This document shows, in pieces, positions 51,889 through 60,900 of a stretch of DNA of 64,000 nucleotides. The notes under the pieces are model-generated. The model had not been told where the DNA came from and made no database searches. It saw only the letters and a list, made by a program, of their open reading frames with translations. Position 1 is the stretch's first letter, and every line of letters starts with the position of its first letter. The translations under genes were made by a program, and so were the position numbers. The stretch covers positions 1,165,704 to 1,229,703 of the forward strand of contig OZ220477.1 in the NCBI GenBank assembly GCA_965116015.1, in the 5' to 3' direction. The DNA is from Dehalococcoidia bacterium. Lineage in GTDB: Bacteria; Chloroflexota; Dehalococcoidia; Lucifugimonadales; Australimonadaceae.

Positions 51889-54783
51889 ATGGAGAGCGGA
51901 ATGGGGAGAATGCTTGGATGGAAGGCGGGGCCGTTCTTTGCGTGGCAAGCGGCGGCGCTGGTCGTTGTGTTCGCAGTCGCCGCGAGCGGCGCGTTCATGC
52001 TGGGCAGGTCTGGCGGCGACGGAACGAGCGTGAGGCTGGGAGAGGGCGAGCAGCTTGTGGCTGTCCGCGTCGGAAACCTCATCGACTCGGTGTCGACGAG
52101 CGGAACGGTGGCGTTCGCGAACCGCGAGACCGTTATGTTCGACATCGCGGGCGAGGTGGCGGAAGTTCTGGTGTCGGAGGGGGACGTGGTGAGGAAAGGG
52201 CAAGCGCTCGCCAGGATTGACGAGTCGACCGCTATAGATCTTGCGGCGGCGCTGGCCAAGGCCGAAGCGAATCTGCGCGATGCGAGAGAGGAGGCGAACG
52301 CGGCGGCGAATCGTCCCGGGGCAATCGCGGTGGCCGAGGCGGAAGCGGCGCTCGCGCGGGCGGAGCTGGCCGAGGCCGAGGAGGCGCTTGCGGAAGCGAT
52401 GGCGGGCCCCGACGCGCTGGAGACGGAGCTGCTCCAGGCGGAGGCCGCGGCGAGGGAGCAGGAGCTATCGACTGCGAAGGCGAATCTGGGCAGGGCAACC
52501 CTTACGTCTCCGATCGGGGGCGTTGTAAAGAAGATGGGGATGAAGGAGGGGGGCAGGGCCGAAGAGGCTTCCGCGCTGATCGAGATTGTGGATCCGTCAG
52601 TTGCCGGCGCAACCATAGCGTTCGATGTGTCGGGCGAGGTGGGGGCTGTTTTCGTGAGGAAGGGCGATATCGTTACTGCGGGGCAGACGCTCGCAGTTAT
52701 CGACGATGCAACGCAAGCAGCGTTGGAGAAGGCCGCAGCGGACGCCGAAGTGAGGGCTCGCGACGCGGTGGAGGCGCTGGCGCTGGCGTCGGGGCCCAGC
52801 CCGGTGCGGACCGCCAAGGCGGAGGAGCGGATTGCGCAAGCCCGCCTGGCGTTGCGCAAGGCCCAGGAGGCTCTGGACGACCTGATGGAGGCGACGCCCG
52901 CCGAGACGGCCGAACTCGAGGTGGCCGTCGCGGATGCGACGGAGTCCCTGGTGAACGCCGGCGCCGAGCTGGCGGCAGTCAACAGGGATTCGGCGCAGGA
53001 GGTGGCGAAGGCTACGGACGCGGCGTCGGACGCCGAGGCCGCGTACGCGGCTATCTTCCGCCGCTGGCTGGGAATCACGATCACGGCGGCAGAGATGGAT
53101 ACTGCGCCGGAGACGCTGCTAGCCGCTTGGGAAGTTGATCTCGACGCACTCTTCACCGACCAATCCGCCCTCGCCGACGCCAGAGTCATCGACCCTCCAG
53201 ACGACGACCCGGAGACGGCGTGGAGCGAGGCTACGATCTACTCGTGGCTTCGCCTCTACCCCGGAGCAATCGTCGGGACCTGCGATGGCGAGGCTCCTTT
53301 CCAGAAGCTCTGCGCCGAGAAGGAGATGGACGACGCCTGGACAGCGCTCGGCGAGGCGCGCAGCGCCCTCACAAGCGCCGAGGTTGCGGCGTCGCGGAAG
53401 TCTCTCGCCGCCGAATCCGCCGTGGACAAGGCCGAGGACGAGCTGACTGCGGCGAAGAAGGCGCTGGCGGATCTGCTTGCCCCAGACCCGCTGGATGTCG
53501 CGGCAGCCGCGGCGGATGTGGCTCTCGCGCAAGCCGAGCTGGCAAGCGCGGAAACGGCGCTCGCCAACGTGATGGACGGCGGCGATACGCTGGAGATTAA
53601 CCGGCTCAGAACGGAGCTGGTGGTCGCCGAGCAAGCGCTCGAGGATGCGAACGCCCGGCTCGCGAGGGCGACGCTCACCGCCCCTGTCGCGGGCGTCGTA
53701 GCGACAGTCGCTCTGTCGCCGGGCGATCAGGCTGACGAAGAATCGGCGCTGATTGAGATTGCGGATCCGGCAGCCGCCAGCGCAAGGCGGGAAACGGTCG
53801 TCTTCGGCTTCGCAGGAGAGATTGCCGAGGTGTTCGTCAGCTGGGGCGACGTTGTGAGCGAAGGCCAGACGCTCGCCAGAATCGACTACGCAACGCGGAC
53901 GGAGCTGGAGATGGCCGCGGCCAGCGCTGAAGTCAAGCTGCGCGACGCCCGGCGCTCTCTCCAGTCGAAAACCGAGCCGGACTCCATGGCGGTGAACAAG
54001 GCGGCGGTGAACGTAAACGCCGCCCGAACGAAAGCGGCCAACGCCGAGGCGGCGCTGGCGGAGGCCCGGACGAGCGCCGACTCTGTGGACAACGCGCTGG
54101 TGAAGACTGAGCTGGCGGTCGCCGAGCGAGCGCTGGCGAACGCGAAGAGCTCTCTCGCAGGCGCCACGCTGACATCGCCGATCGACGGCGTGGTGGAGAG
54201 CGTGTCGATGACAGTGGGGGAGCAGACTAACCGAACGGGGACTCCCCCGGCGGTCGATGTCGTCGACTTGTCAGTGGCCGAGATCAATGGATCGATGGAC
54301 GAGGTGGACGCGCTGGCAGTGTCGGTAGGGGCGTCCGCGAGGGTGTCTCTGACTGCATTGGGGGAGCGAACGCTGGAGGGGGAGGTCGTCGAAATCGGGT
54401 CAGCCAACTCCGGGCAGACCGGCAGCGTGACTTTCCCGATAACCATCCGGCTTTCGGTTCCGGCGGGGGTGACGCTTCGGGAGGGGCTGAGCGCCACGGC
54501 GGAGATAGTCTTCGCCGAGCACAGGAATGTGCTGCTGACGCCAACCGCGTCCGTAACCGGGAGCATCCTGTCGCCGACGGCGCGAGTCGTGGTCGACGGC
54601 GTTGTCGAGGAGCGCGCGGTGAAGCTCGGGCCCAGCGACGATTTCTGGGTTGTGGCGCTGGAGGGGCTGGAGGAAGGCGATATGGTCGTGATGCCGGAGC
54701 CCGCCTCCGGCGGACAGTTCGGCGCGCCTGAGATTATCTTCGAGGAACGTCAAAACCAACGACCTCCTCCTCGCCAACGTTAG
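51889..54783 (+). CDS. MacA/HlyD-family periplasmic adaptor with triplicated lipoyl/alpha-hairpin modules (964 aa)
   Basis: N-terminal TM segment. Three copies of TV.F..AGE.AEV.V..GD.V..GQ.LARID plus L.RATLT.P..GVV half-motifs, each separated by A/E-rich coiled coil. One beta-barrel/membrane-proximal region at the end. MacB genes follow. Confidence 0.75.
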   Translation: MESGMGRMLGWKAGPFFAWQAAALVVVFAVAASGAFMLGRSGGDGTSVRLGEGEQLVAVRVGNLIDSVSTSGTVAFANRETVMFDIAGEVAEVLVSEGDVVRKGQALARIDESTAIDLAAALAKAEANLRDAREEANAAANRPGAIAVAEAEAALARAELAEAEEALAEAMAGPDALETELLQAEAAAREQELSTAKANLGRATLTSPIGGVVKKMGMKEGGRAEEASALIEIVDPSVAGATIAFDVSGEVGAVFVRKGDIVTAGQTLAVIDDATQAALEKAAADAEVRARDAVEALALASGPSPVRTAKAEERIAQARLALRKAQEALDDLMEATPAETAELEVAVADATESLVNAGAELAAVNRDSAQEVAKATDAASDAEAAYAAIFRRWLGITITAAEMDTAPETLLAAWEVDLDALFTDQSALADARVIDPPDDDPETAWSEATIYSWLRLYPGAIVGTCDGEAPFQKLCAEKEMDDAWTALGEARSALTSAEVAASRKSLAAESAVDKAEDELTAAKKALADLLAPDPLDVAAAAADVALAQAELASAETALANVMDGGDTLEINRLRTELVVAEQALEDANARLARATLTAPVAGVVATVALSPGDQADEESALIEIADPAAASARRETVVFGFAGEIAEVFVSWGDVVSEGQTLARIDYATRTELEMAAASAEVKLRDARRSLQSKTEPDSMAVNKAAVNVNAARTKAANAEAALAEARTSADSVDNALVKTELAVAERALANAKSSLAGATLTSPIDGVVESVSMTVGEQTNRTGTPPAVDVVDLSVAEINGSMDEVDALAVSVGASARVSLTALGERTLEGEVVEIGSANSGQTGSVTFPITIRLSVPAGVTLREGLSATAEIVFAEHRNVLLTPTASVTGSILSPTARVVVDGVVEERAVKLGPSDDFWVVALEGLEEGDMVVMPEPASGGQFGAPEIIFEERQNQRPPPRQR

Positions 54784-54812
54784 CGCTGAGGCGGAGCGCG
54801 CGACAGCGGGCT

Positions 54813-55532
54813 ATGGCACTCATCGACATACGCGACTTGAGGAAGACGTACCGCATCGGCGCGAGGGACGTGCCTGCGCTCAACGGCGTGAGCCTCAGCA
54901 TCGAGCGGGGAGAGATGGTCGCGATTATGGGGCCGTCCGGCTCCGGCAAATCGACGCTTATGAACATCATCGGCTGCCTCGATGTTCCCACGTCCGGCAG
55001 CTACCGGCTGGAGGGCGAAGAGGTGAGCGGCTGGGGAGATTCGCGGCTCGCCGCGACGCGGAACAGCAAGATCGGGTTCGTTTTCCAAACCTACAACTTG
55101 CTGCCGCGGCTCACTGCTCTGCGCAACGTGGAGCTTGCGCTGCTGTACGGGGATCGCCGGAACGCGCAATTGCGGTCGCGGCAAGCGTTGGAGGCCGTTG
55201 GACTTGGGAGCCGCGCCAGTCACCGTCCGCTGCAGCTTTCCGGCGGCGAGCAGCAGCGGGTCGCGATTGCGCGGGCGTTGGTGAAGAACCCGTCGATCCT
55301 GCTCGCCGACGAGCCGACAGGGGCGTTGGATTCCCGCTCCAGCAGCGAGATTCTGGCGATTCTGCAACGGCTGAACCGGGAGGACGGGCTGACAGTCTTG
55401 CTGGTTACGCACGAAGATGATGTGGCGCAGCACACGCAGCGCATCATCTTCCTTCGCGATGGGGTAGTGGTAAGCGACAGGCAGGTCGGCGCGCAGAGAG
55501 AGGCGCGGCCAGCGGCGGAGGGCGCGGCATGA
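54813..55532 (+). CDS. ABC transporter ATP-binding protein (MacB/LolD family)
   Basis: GPSGSGKST, LSGGEQQRVAIARAL, LLADEPTGALD, VTHE. Confidence 0.93.
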   Translation: MALIDIRDLRKTYRIGARDVPALNGVSLSIERGEMVAIMGPSGSGKSTLMNIIGCLDVPTSGSYRLEGEEVSGWGDSRLAATRNSKIGFVFQTYNLLPRLTALRNVELALLYGDRRNAQLRSRQALEAVGLGSRASHRPLQLSGGEQQRVAIARALVKNPSILLADEPTGALDSRSSSEILAILQRLNREDGLTVLLVTHEDDVAQHTQRIIFLRDGVVVSDRQVGAQREARPAAEGAA

Positions 55533-56731
55533 CGCCCCTCGCGCTCATCAGAACGGCGTGGGCGTCGATCGGCGCGAATCCGCTGCGGACAGTCCTGACA
55601 CTGCTGGGAATCATCATCGGGGTGGCGGCGGTGATATCGCTGATGTCCATAGGGCGCGGCGTTCAGGCGACCATTCGAAGCGACATTGAGGCGCTCGGAA
55701 CCAACCTGCTGTACGTGCATTCGGCAGGGGGCAGCCTGACTCTGGACGACGCGCTGGCGCTGAACGACCCTGTATTCGCGCCATCCATCGTAGGCGTTGC
55801 CCCGGAGCTGTCCACCGGCGGCAGCCTGGCGTACAGGGGATCCGAGGCGTTCACGCGCGTGGAGGGGGTTACGTCGGAGTTCGCGAGCGTCCGGAATTTC
55901 AAGGTGAAGTACGGGGAGTTCATCTCGCCAGCCCACGTGCTGAACCGAAGCAACGTCGCGACGCTGGGCGCGCGGACGGCGGAGGATCTGTTCGGCAATC
56001 GCGATCCCGTGGGGGTGGATGTTCTGATCTCGGGCATACGGTTCAAGGTCATCGGCGTATTGGAGAGCAAAGGGGCGAACGCCTTCGGGAACGAAGACCA
56101 GCGCGTGCTGGTTCCGCTGACGACGGCGTTCTACCGTCTCTCCGGCTCGCGGACGCTGGAGGGAGAGATCATTGTTTCGACCATCAACGTGCAGGCCGCG
56201 CCGGGGCGCGTCGCCGAGGCGCAGCAGGAAGCGACGCAGCTGCTGCGCCTGCGCCGCAAGATAACGGACGCGGACGATTTCACCGTCGAGAACCTGGAGT
56301 CGCTCATTCAAGCGCTGAACGAGGCGACAGGCGCGTTGACGGCGTTCCTGGGGGCGGTCGCAGGCATCTCCCTGCTGGTGGGGGGCATCGGCGTCATGAA
56401 CATCATGCTCGTGTCGGTTACGGAAAGGACGCGGGAGATCGGCATCCGAAAAGCGCTGGGGGCGAAGCGGCGCGACATACTGGCGCAGTTCGTGGTCGAG
56501 GCGACAGCGCTGAGCCTGGCTGGAGGAGCGCTGGGGGTCGTTCTGGGCGTGGGAGGCTCCCGGCTGCTGGGCCAGGTAAGCCTGGCCGGAGAGGAGCTTC
56601 CGACTGTGTTCAGCGGCGACATCGCGGCGCTGGCGCTGGCGATATCAGGGGCGATAGGGCTCTTCTTCGGCATCTACCCTGCGGCCCGGGCGGCGCGGCT
56701 GCACCCGATAGAGGCATTGCGCCGCGAGTAA
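55529..56731 (+). CDS. ABC transporter permease (MacB/FtsX family)
   Basis: N-terminal TM segment, a large extracytoplasmic domain, and a C-terminal FtsX region (GGIGVMNIMLVSVTERTREIGIRKALGA). ATGA overlap with the ATPase gene. Confidence 0.9.
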   Translation: MTPLALIRTAWASIGANPLRTVLTLLGIIIGVAAVISLMSIGRGVQATIRSDIEALGTNLLYVHSAGGSLTLDDALALNDPVFAPSIVGVAPELSTGGSLAYRGSEAFTRVEGVTSEFASVRNFKVKYGEFISPAHVLNRSNVATLGARTAEDLFGNRDPVGVDVLISGIRFKVIGVLESKGANAFGNEDQRVLVPLTTAFYRLSGSRTLEGEIIVSTINVQAAPGRVAEAQQEATQLLRLRRKITDADDFTVENLESLIQALNEATGALTAFLGAVAGISLLVGGIGVMNIMLVSVTERTREIGIRKALGAKRRDILAQFVVEATALSLAGGALGVVLGVGGSRLLGQVSLAGEELPTVFSGDIAALALAISGAIGLFFGIYPAARAARLHPIEALRRE

Positions 56732-56770
56732 GCGCGAGACGTTTCGGGGCAGACGCAGGAGGTCTTACGC

Positions 56771-57616
56771 ATGGCTGCGAAGGGGTTCATTCTAACGATG
56801 CTGGCGGTCGCAGCGGCGGGAGTCATCGCGGGATTAGGGGCGTCCGCCCTGTTTCCGGCGTCTGCCGGCGAGGCTCCGCCAGCTGCAACTCCGCCGGCCT
56901 CGACCCCGCCCGCCGGGAACGGACCGGGAGCGGGAGGCGGCGCTCCGCCGGGCGGCAGAGCGCTAACCGAGGAGGACTTGCCGCCTGAGTTGCGAGAAGC
57001 GATGGCGCAGGATCCGCAACTCGCCGCCGAGGTGCGCGCGGCGATCGAGTCGGGGGAGCTCGTGCTGCCGGGAGCGCCTCCGGCAGCGCCGGGCGCGGGA
57101 GCCGGGGGAACAGGCAGACGGCGCGGCGAGCCTCTGACCGGCGCGGTGGCGTCGTTCGAAGATGGAACGCTCCGGCTCGACACGCCAGACGGCGAGACCA
57201 GCATCGCTGTCGCGCCCGACGCGCCGGTGAGCCTGACGACGACGGCAGCGGAAGCGGGGAACGCGCTTGCGGCGGGGTCGGAAGTTGTCGTAGTCGCGCG
57301 TCCGAACGAATCCGGGGCGCTGGAGGCCGAGAGCATCCTGGCCGGCGCGGTTGGACCGAGCGCGAACGCGCAGCAGGGCTTCGGCGGGAGTGCGACTGTC
57401 GTTGCTGGTTCGGTGGCGTCGTTCGCCGGCGGAACGCTTACCGTGGCGACAGCAGACGGCGATGTGGCTGTGATCGTGGCGGACGAGACGCCAACTCAAG
57501 TGGCGGCGACTGCGGAGACGACAGCCGAATTGACGGCTGGGGCGACGATCACGGCGTTCGTGCAGCGCGGAGCGGACGGGAGACTCGAGGCGGTGAGCAT
57601 CATCGTCGGGGGGTAG
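56771..57616 (+). CDS. hypothetical exported/anchored protein with a low-complexity linker and an internal duplication
   Basis: Signal/anchor ILTMLAVAAAGVIAGLGA and a P/A/G-rich linker. Two similar modules (G.VASFE/AGGTL...DGE/D..IAV/VIV). Last gene of the MacAB-like operon. Confidence 0.55.
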   Translation: MAAKGFILTMLAVAAAGVIAGLGASALFPASAGEAPPAATPPASTPPAGNGPGAGGGAPPGGRALTEEDLPPELREAMAQDPQLAAEVRAAIESGELVLPGAPPAAPGAGAGGTGRRRGEPLTGAVASFEDGTLRLDTPDGETSIAVAPDAPVSLTTTAAEAGNALAAGSEVVVVARPNESGALEAESILAGAVGPSANAQQGFGGSATVVAGSVASFAGGTLTVATADGDVAVIVADETPTQVAATAETTAELTAGATITAFVQRGADGRLEAVSIIVGG

Positions 57617-57725
57617 CGGCGGCTTCAGGTCGTCGGGAGGCGCACAGGCGCAGGACGCCAGCCCCGGAGGCCGCGAGAGAGAGCGGGGCGCAAGCGGCAG
57701 GCGAGGCGGAGAGCCCCCCAGGCGG

Positions 57726-58700
57726 CTACATCGGGAAGGCGCAGCCGCGCGGGGGAGTGTCGGGACGGAGCGAGTTGAAGAGCAGAAAGCGCAGCTCGCC
57801 ATCCGGAGTGCGCTCGCCGTACTCGACCTCCACCGCCAGCGACGGGACGCACCAGTAGGAGAACCGGTCGATATGCGGGGCCTCTACGAACGGGCAGTCT
57901 CGCGTGTGGAGGCGCGAGATCCGCTCGTACACGGCGCCGGAGCCTCCGCGAGAGAACCCGCCGGCCACGCTGCCGACATACCGCAGCTTGTCGCCGTCGT
58001 AGGCGCCCAGCAGCAACGAGGCGAACGGCTGCTCGCTGCCGCCGAACGTGTATCCGCCAACGACGAGGTTCGCTGTGCGCACGTGCTGCACCGAGCGCCA
58101 GTGCTGTGTGCGTTTGCCGGGCTCGTAGAGGCTGTGCTTGTTCTTGGCGACGATGCCGTGCAGCCCAAGCTCCATAGCCGCATCGAACATAGCGACCCCC
58201 TCGCCGTCTTCGAAGTGGCAGAGGTGAACCGTCGCATTAGGCTGAACCGTCTCATGCAAGATCGCCTTGCGCTCGTAGAGCGGCAGCCCCATAAGCGAGC
58301 GTCCATTGAGGTAGAGGATGTCGAACACTTCGTAGTTCACTTGCGCGAGCGGGAGCATTGGCGAGCCGGCCAGCCAGCGCTCGACGACTGCGTGGCGCTC
58401 GGGGACGCCGTCGTCGTTGAGCATGACGAGCTCGCCGTCGAGCACGACTTCGGCGCCGCAGGCGGCCTCGAGAGCCGCAGTGGCCACATCGTAGAACGAC
58501 TGCGTGAGATCGGCGACGCCGCGCGTGTGCATCGACACGCCCGCCCTGTCGACGACGGAGATGGCGCGTATGCCCTCCCACTTAATCTCGTAGATGCGGT
58601 CGGGAGAGTCGGCGGGCTCCGCGGAGGGCGTGGGCAGCATCGGCTCGATGCGGCTGAGCGCGGCGGGCGCGCGAACGACGGCGGCGGAGCTGGTCGTCAC
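57726..58700 (-). CDS. ligD: ATP-dependent DNA ligase (LigD ligase-domain-only type, NHEJ)
   Basis: PMLPT, the adenylation motif YEIKWEGIR, LDGELV, EGIVAK-like HGIVAKN, and an OB-fold C-terminus. Directly downstream of ku. Confidence 0.85.
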   Translation of the reverse strand: MTTSSAAVVRAPAALSRIEPMLPTPSAEPADSPDRIYEIKWEGIRAISVVDRAGVSMHTRGVADLTQSFYDVATAALEAACGAEVVLDGELVMLNDDGVPERHAVVERWLAGSPMLPLAQVNYEVFDILYLNGRSLMGLPLYERKAILHETVQPNATVHLCHFEDGEGVAMFDAAMELGLHGIVAKNKHSLYEPGKRTQHWRSVQHVRTANLVVGGYTFGGSEQPFASLLLGAYDGDKLRYVGSVAGGFSRGGSGAVYERISRLHTRDCPFVEAPHIDRFSYWCVPSLAVEVEYGERTPDGELRFLLFNSLRPDTPPRGCAFPM

Positions 58701-58701
58701 G

Positions 58702-59523
58702 CTACGAGGCTTCCCTTGCGCGCGTGTCGCTGGATTCCGAAGCGCCGGATGCGGCGCGGGATGCGTCGATCGACGCTCTGAGCGCTTCCATCAGGTCGAG
58801 CACGTTGCTAGGAGGAGCGTCGGGGGCGGCGGGGATGGCGGAGCCAAGCCCCAGCTTCGCCTCTATGACTTGCTGGAGGGCGGAGCGGTACTCGTCTTCG
58901 TAGGCGTCGGGTTCGAACTCGCCGCTGAACTGATCGATGAGCATCACCGCCATCTGCAGCTCGGCTTCGCTCAGATCCGCCCCGACGGGGATGTTGAGCT
59001 CGACCGAGCTGCGGATCTCGTCGGGGTAGTACAGCGTCTCCATCATCAGCCCCTCCTGGTACGGACGCACGAGGCAGAGATGCTCCTTGTTCCGCAGCGC
59101 CACCTTGGCGATGGCTACCCGGTTGGTCGATTCCAGCGCCTGCTTCAGCAAGCAGAACGGCTTCACGCCGACGCTCTCGGGTTCGATGTAGTAGCTCTTC
59201 TCGTAGTGCACAGGGTCGATGCTCCTGATGTCGACGAACCGCACAATCTCGATCGTGTGGGTCGACTTCAGGGGGAGATTCGCGAAGTCTTCCTCCTCCA
59301 TCACGAGATACTCGCCCTTGGTGAACTCGTATCCGCGAACGATGTCGGCGTACTCCACCTCGCAGTCGTGGTGCGGGCACCAGCGCTTCTGCCTCAACCG
59401 CGTGTGGCAGGAGTTGTGCAGCTGCGCGAACCCGATGTCCTTGCTCTCCGTGGCGACGTACAGCTTCATCGGAATAGCGACCATTCCGAAGCTGATTGCG
59501 CCCTTCCAGATTGCTCGCGCCAT
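58702..59523 (-). CDS. ku: Ku protein (NHEJ)
   Basis: MARAIWKGAISFGMVAIPMKLY N-terminus typical of bacterial Ku. 273 aa. Confidence 0.93.
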   Translation of the reverse strand: MARAIWKGAISFGMVAIPMKLYVATESKDIGFAQLHNSCHTRLRQKRWCPHHDCEVEYADIVRGYEFTKGEYLVMEEEDFANLPLKSTHTIEIVRFVDIRSIDPVHYEKSYYIEPESVGVKPFCLLKQALESTNRVAIAKVALRNKEHLCLVRPYQEGLMMETLYYPDEIRSSVELNIPVGADLSEAELQMAVMLIDQFSGEFEPDAYEDEYRSALQQVIEAKLGLGSAIPAAPDAPPSNVLDLMEALRASIDASRAASGASESSDTRAREAS

Positions 59524-59797
59524 TCGCCGCCTCAGCCCCCTTCTCCCTCTTCTGCTCTTCTGCGCTCGCCCCTTCCGCGCTCGCCGCCGGAAAAGTCTAG
59601 GATGGGCCAGAGGAGACGGTCAACGGAACTCCGGCGCCAGATTCGGGCTCTGTTGAGAAGCAGAATCCTCACGCCCGGAGGAGATCCCCGCAGACGGAGC
59701 AGTACATCAGCACGACGATGAACCCATCTCCGGCGCTTCCTGAGCCGCCGCAGCCGCTCTCCTGCGCTCGTTGCGTCCGGTCGGCGCGGCGCGGCCT

Positions 59798-59887
59798 GCG
59801 CCTCCCGCGCGCTCAGGGAGCCACTGGGTCAGTCGCGCGGCTTCGTCAGTCTGGGTAAGCGCCTCCCGCGCGCTCAGGGAGCCACTG
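59798..59887. repeat. two perfect 29-bp direct repeats separated by 32 nt
   Basis: gcgcctcccgcgcgctcagggagccactg at 59798-59826 and 59859-59887. Each contains a ctccc...gggag hairpin. Confidence 0.9.
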
Positions 59888-59891
59888 CCCC

Positions 59892-60779
59892 CTAGCCCCG
59901 GAGGGCCGCTTCGAGGTAGGACGCGTCGAGATACGCCCCAACCTCCGCGCCGTGGGGAGGCGCGAGGCCGAACCGCAAGCGGATGTCGAGCGGTACGGCA
60001 AGCGCGAGTGGGTCGAGTTCCAGCGACGCCGGAAGCCGCGACAACGCAACCTCCGCCCTGCCCGGATCCGTGCTCATCGCCGACGCCGACAGCTCAGCAG
60101 CGAGCTTCCGACGGTCAGGATCGCGCGCCCATCGCGTCGCCGCGCCGAGCGCGCGGAGAAACGCCTCCACCGTCGCGCGGTTCTCCTCCGCCCACGGCTT
60201 GCTCACGGCGTACACGCCCCCGGGATAGTCGGGAACGACCTCGTCGTGGCGGGCGAACAGGCGCATGCCCGCCTCTTCGGCGCGAGCGTTCCACGGAGGG
60301 TTGAAAATGCCCGCGTACGTCTCGCCCTTCTCCATCGACTCGAACCGGTAGCCGGTCGCCCCCGCCGGCGTGAACGTGTAGTCGCGGTCGAGCTCCAGCC
60401 CGTGCTCTTGCAGGATGCGCCGCAGCACGAGCCCGTAGGCGGTGTCGACCGCGTCGACGGCCAGCGCCTTTCCCCGAAGATCGTCCCACGTCTGAATCTC
60501 GGGGCGCACGTGCACGGGCAGGTTCACGCCCTCGCTCGCCTTGGCGACAGCCACGACCTCCGGCCCCTCCCGCTCCGACCACGCCAGCACGTTGTCGAAC
60601 GCCGTCGACGCGATCTGCCAGCGGTCGTTGATGAGACCGCGCATCTGCTCAGTCGAGCTTGGCGTGCGCGTCTCCTCGACCTCAAGACCCTCGCTTTCGA
60701 ATATGCCGCCTGCCCTGGCAAGCGCCACTACGGCGCTCTCGCCGAACGTGATCAGGCCGACCTTGCGCAACTCAGGCAT
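59892..60779 (-). CDS. NMT1/THI5-like (ABC NitT/TauT-type substrate-binding-like) protein without an obvious signal peptide
   Basis: General two-lobe SBP-like pattern (VGLITFG..., DRWQIAS, KALAVD..DTAYGLVLR). Weak family-level call. Confidence 0.45.
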   Translation of the reverse strand: MPELRKVGLITFGESAVVALARAGGIFESEGLEVEETRTPSSTEQMRGLINDRWQIASTAFDNVLAWSEREGPEVVAVAKASEGVNLPVHVRPEIQTWDDLRGKALAVDAVDTAYGLVLRRILQEHGLELDRDYTFTPAGATGYRFESMEKGETYAGIFNPPWNARAEEAGMRLFARHDEVVPDYPGGVYAVSKPWAEENRATVEAFLRALGAATRWARDPDRRKLAAELSASAMSTDPGRAEVALSRLPASLELDPLALAVPLDIRLRFGLAPPHGAEVGAYLDASYLEAALRG

Positions 60780-60900
60780 CGGGCTCCTCCGCGCGGAGAT
60801 GGCGGGCGGTATCTTACGCTATGCCCATTCAGCCCGCTCTCCGGCACGATCTTGCGCGCTGTCGTCTCCCTTGCTATGCGGCCTGCGGTAAGATGCCGCC

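Noticed and set aside
51703-52203. 5' extension of the 541-aa ORF 50578..52203, and the 464-aa antisense ORF 51795..53189
   Set aside because: The amidohydrolase has a good SD plus ATG at 51702. The extension and the antisense ORF are S/A/R-rich and overlap the MacA-like gene.
59811-59826. agggagccactg resembling a cobalamin riboswitch B12-box/GCCACTG motif
   Set aside because: The motif is part of a duplicated 29-mer. No other cobalamin-riboswitch core elements or B12-related downstream gene are present.
59798-59887. CRISPR array call
   Set aside because: There are only two repeats and one spacer, with no cas genes in the window. It is reported as a repeat or oddity only.
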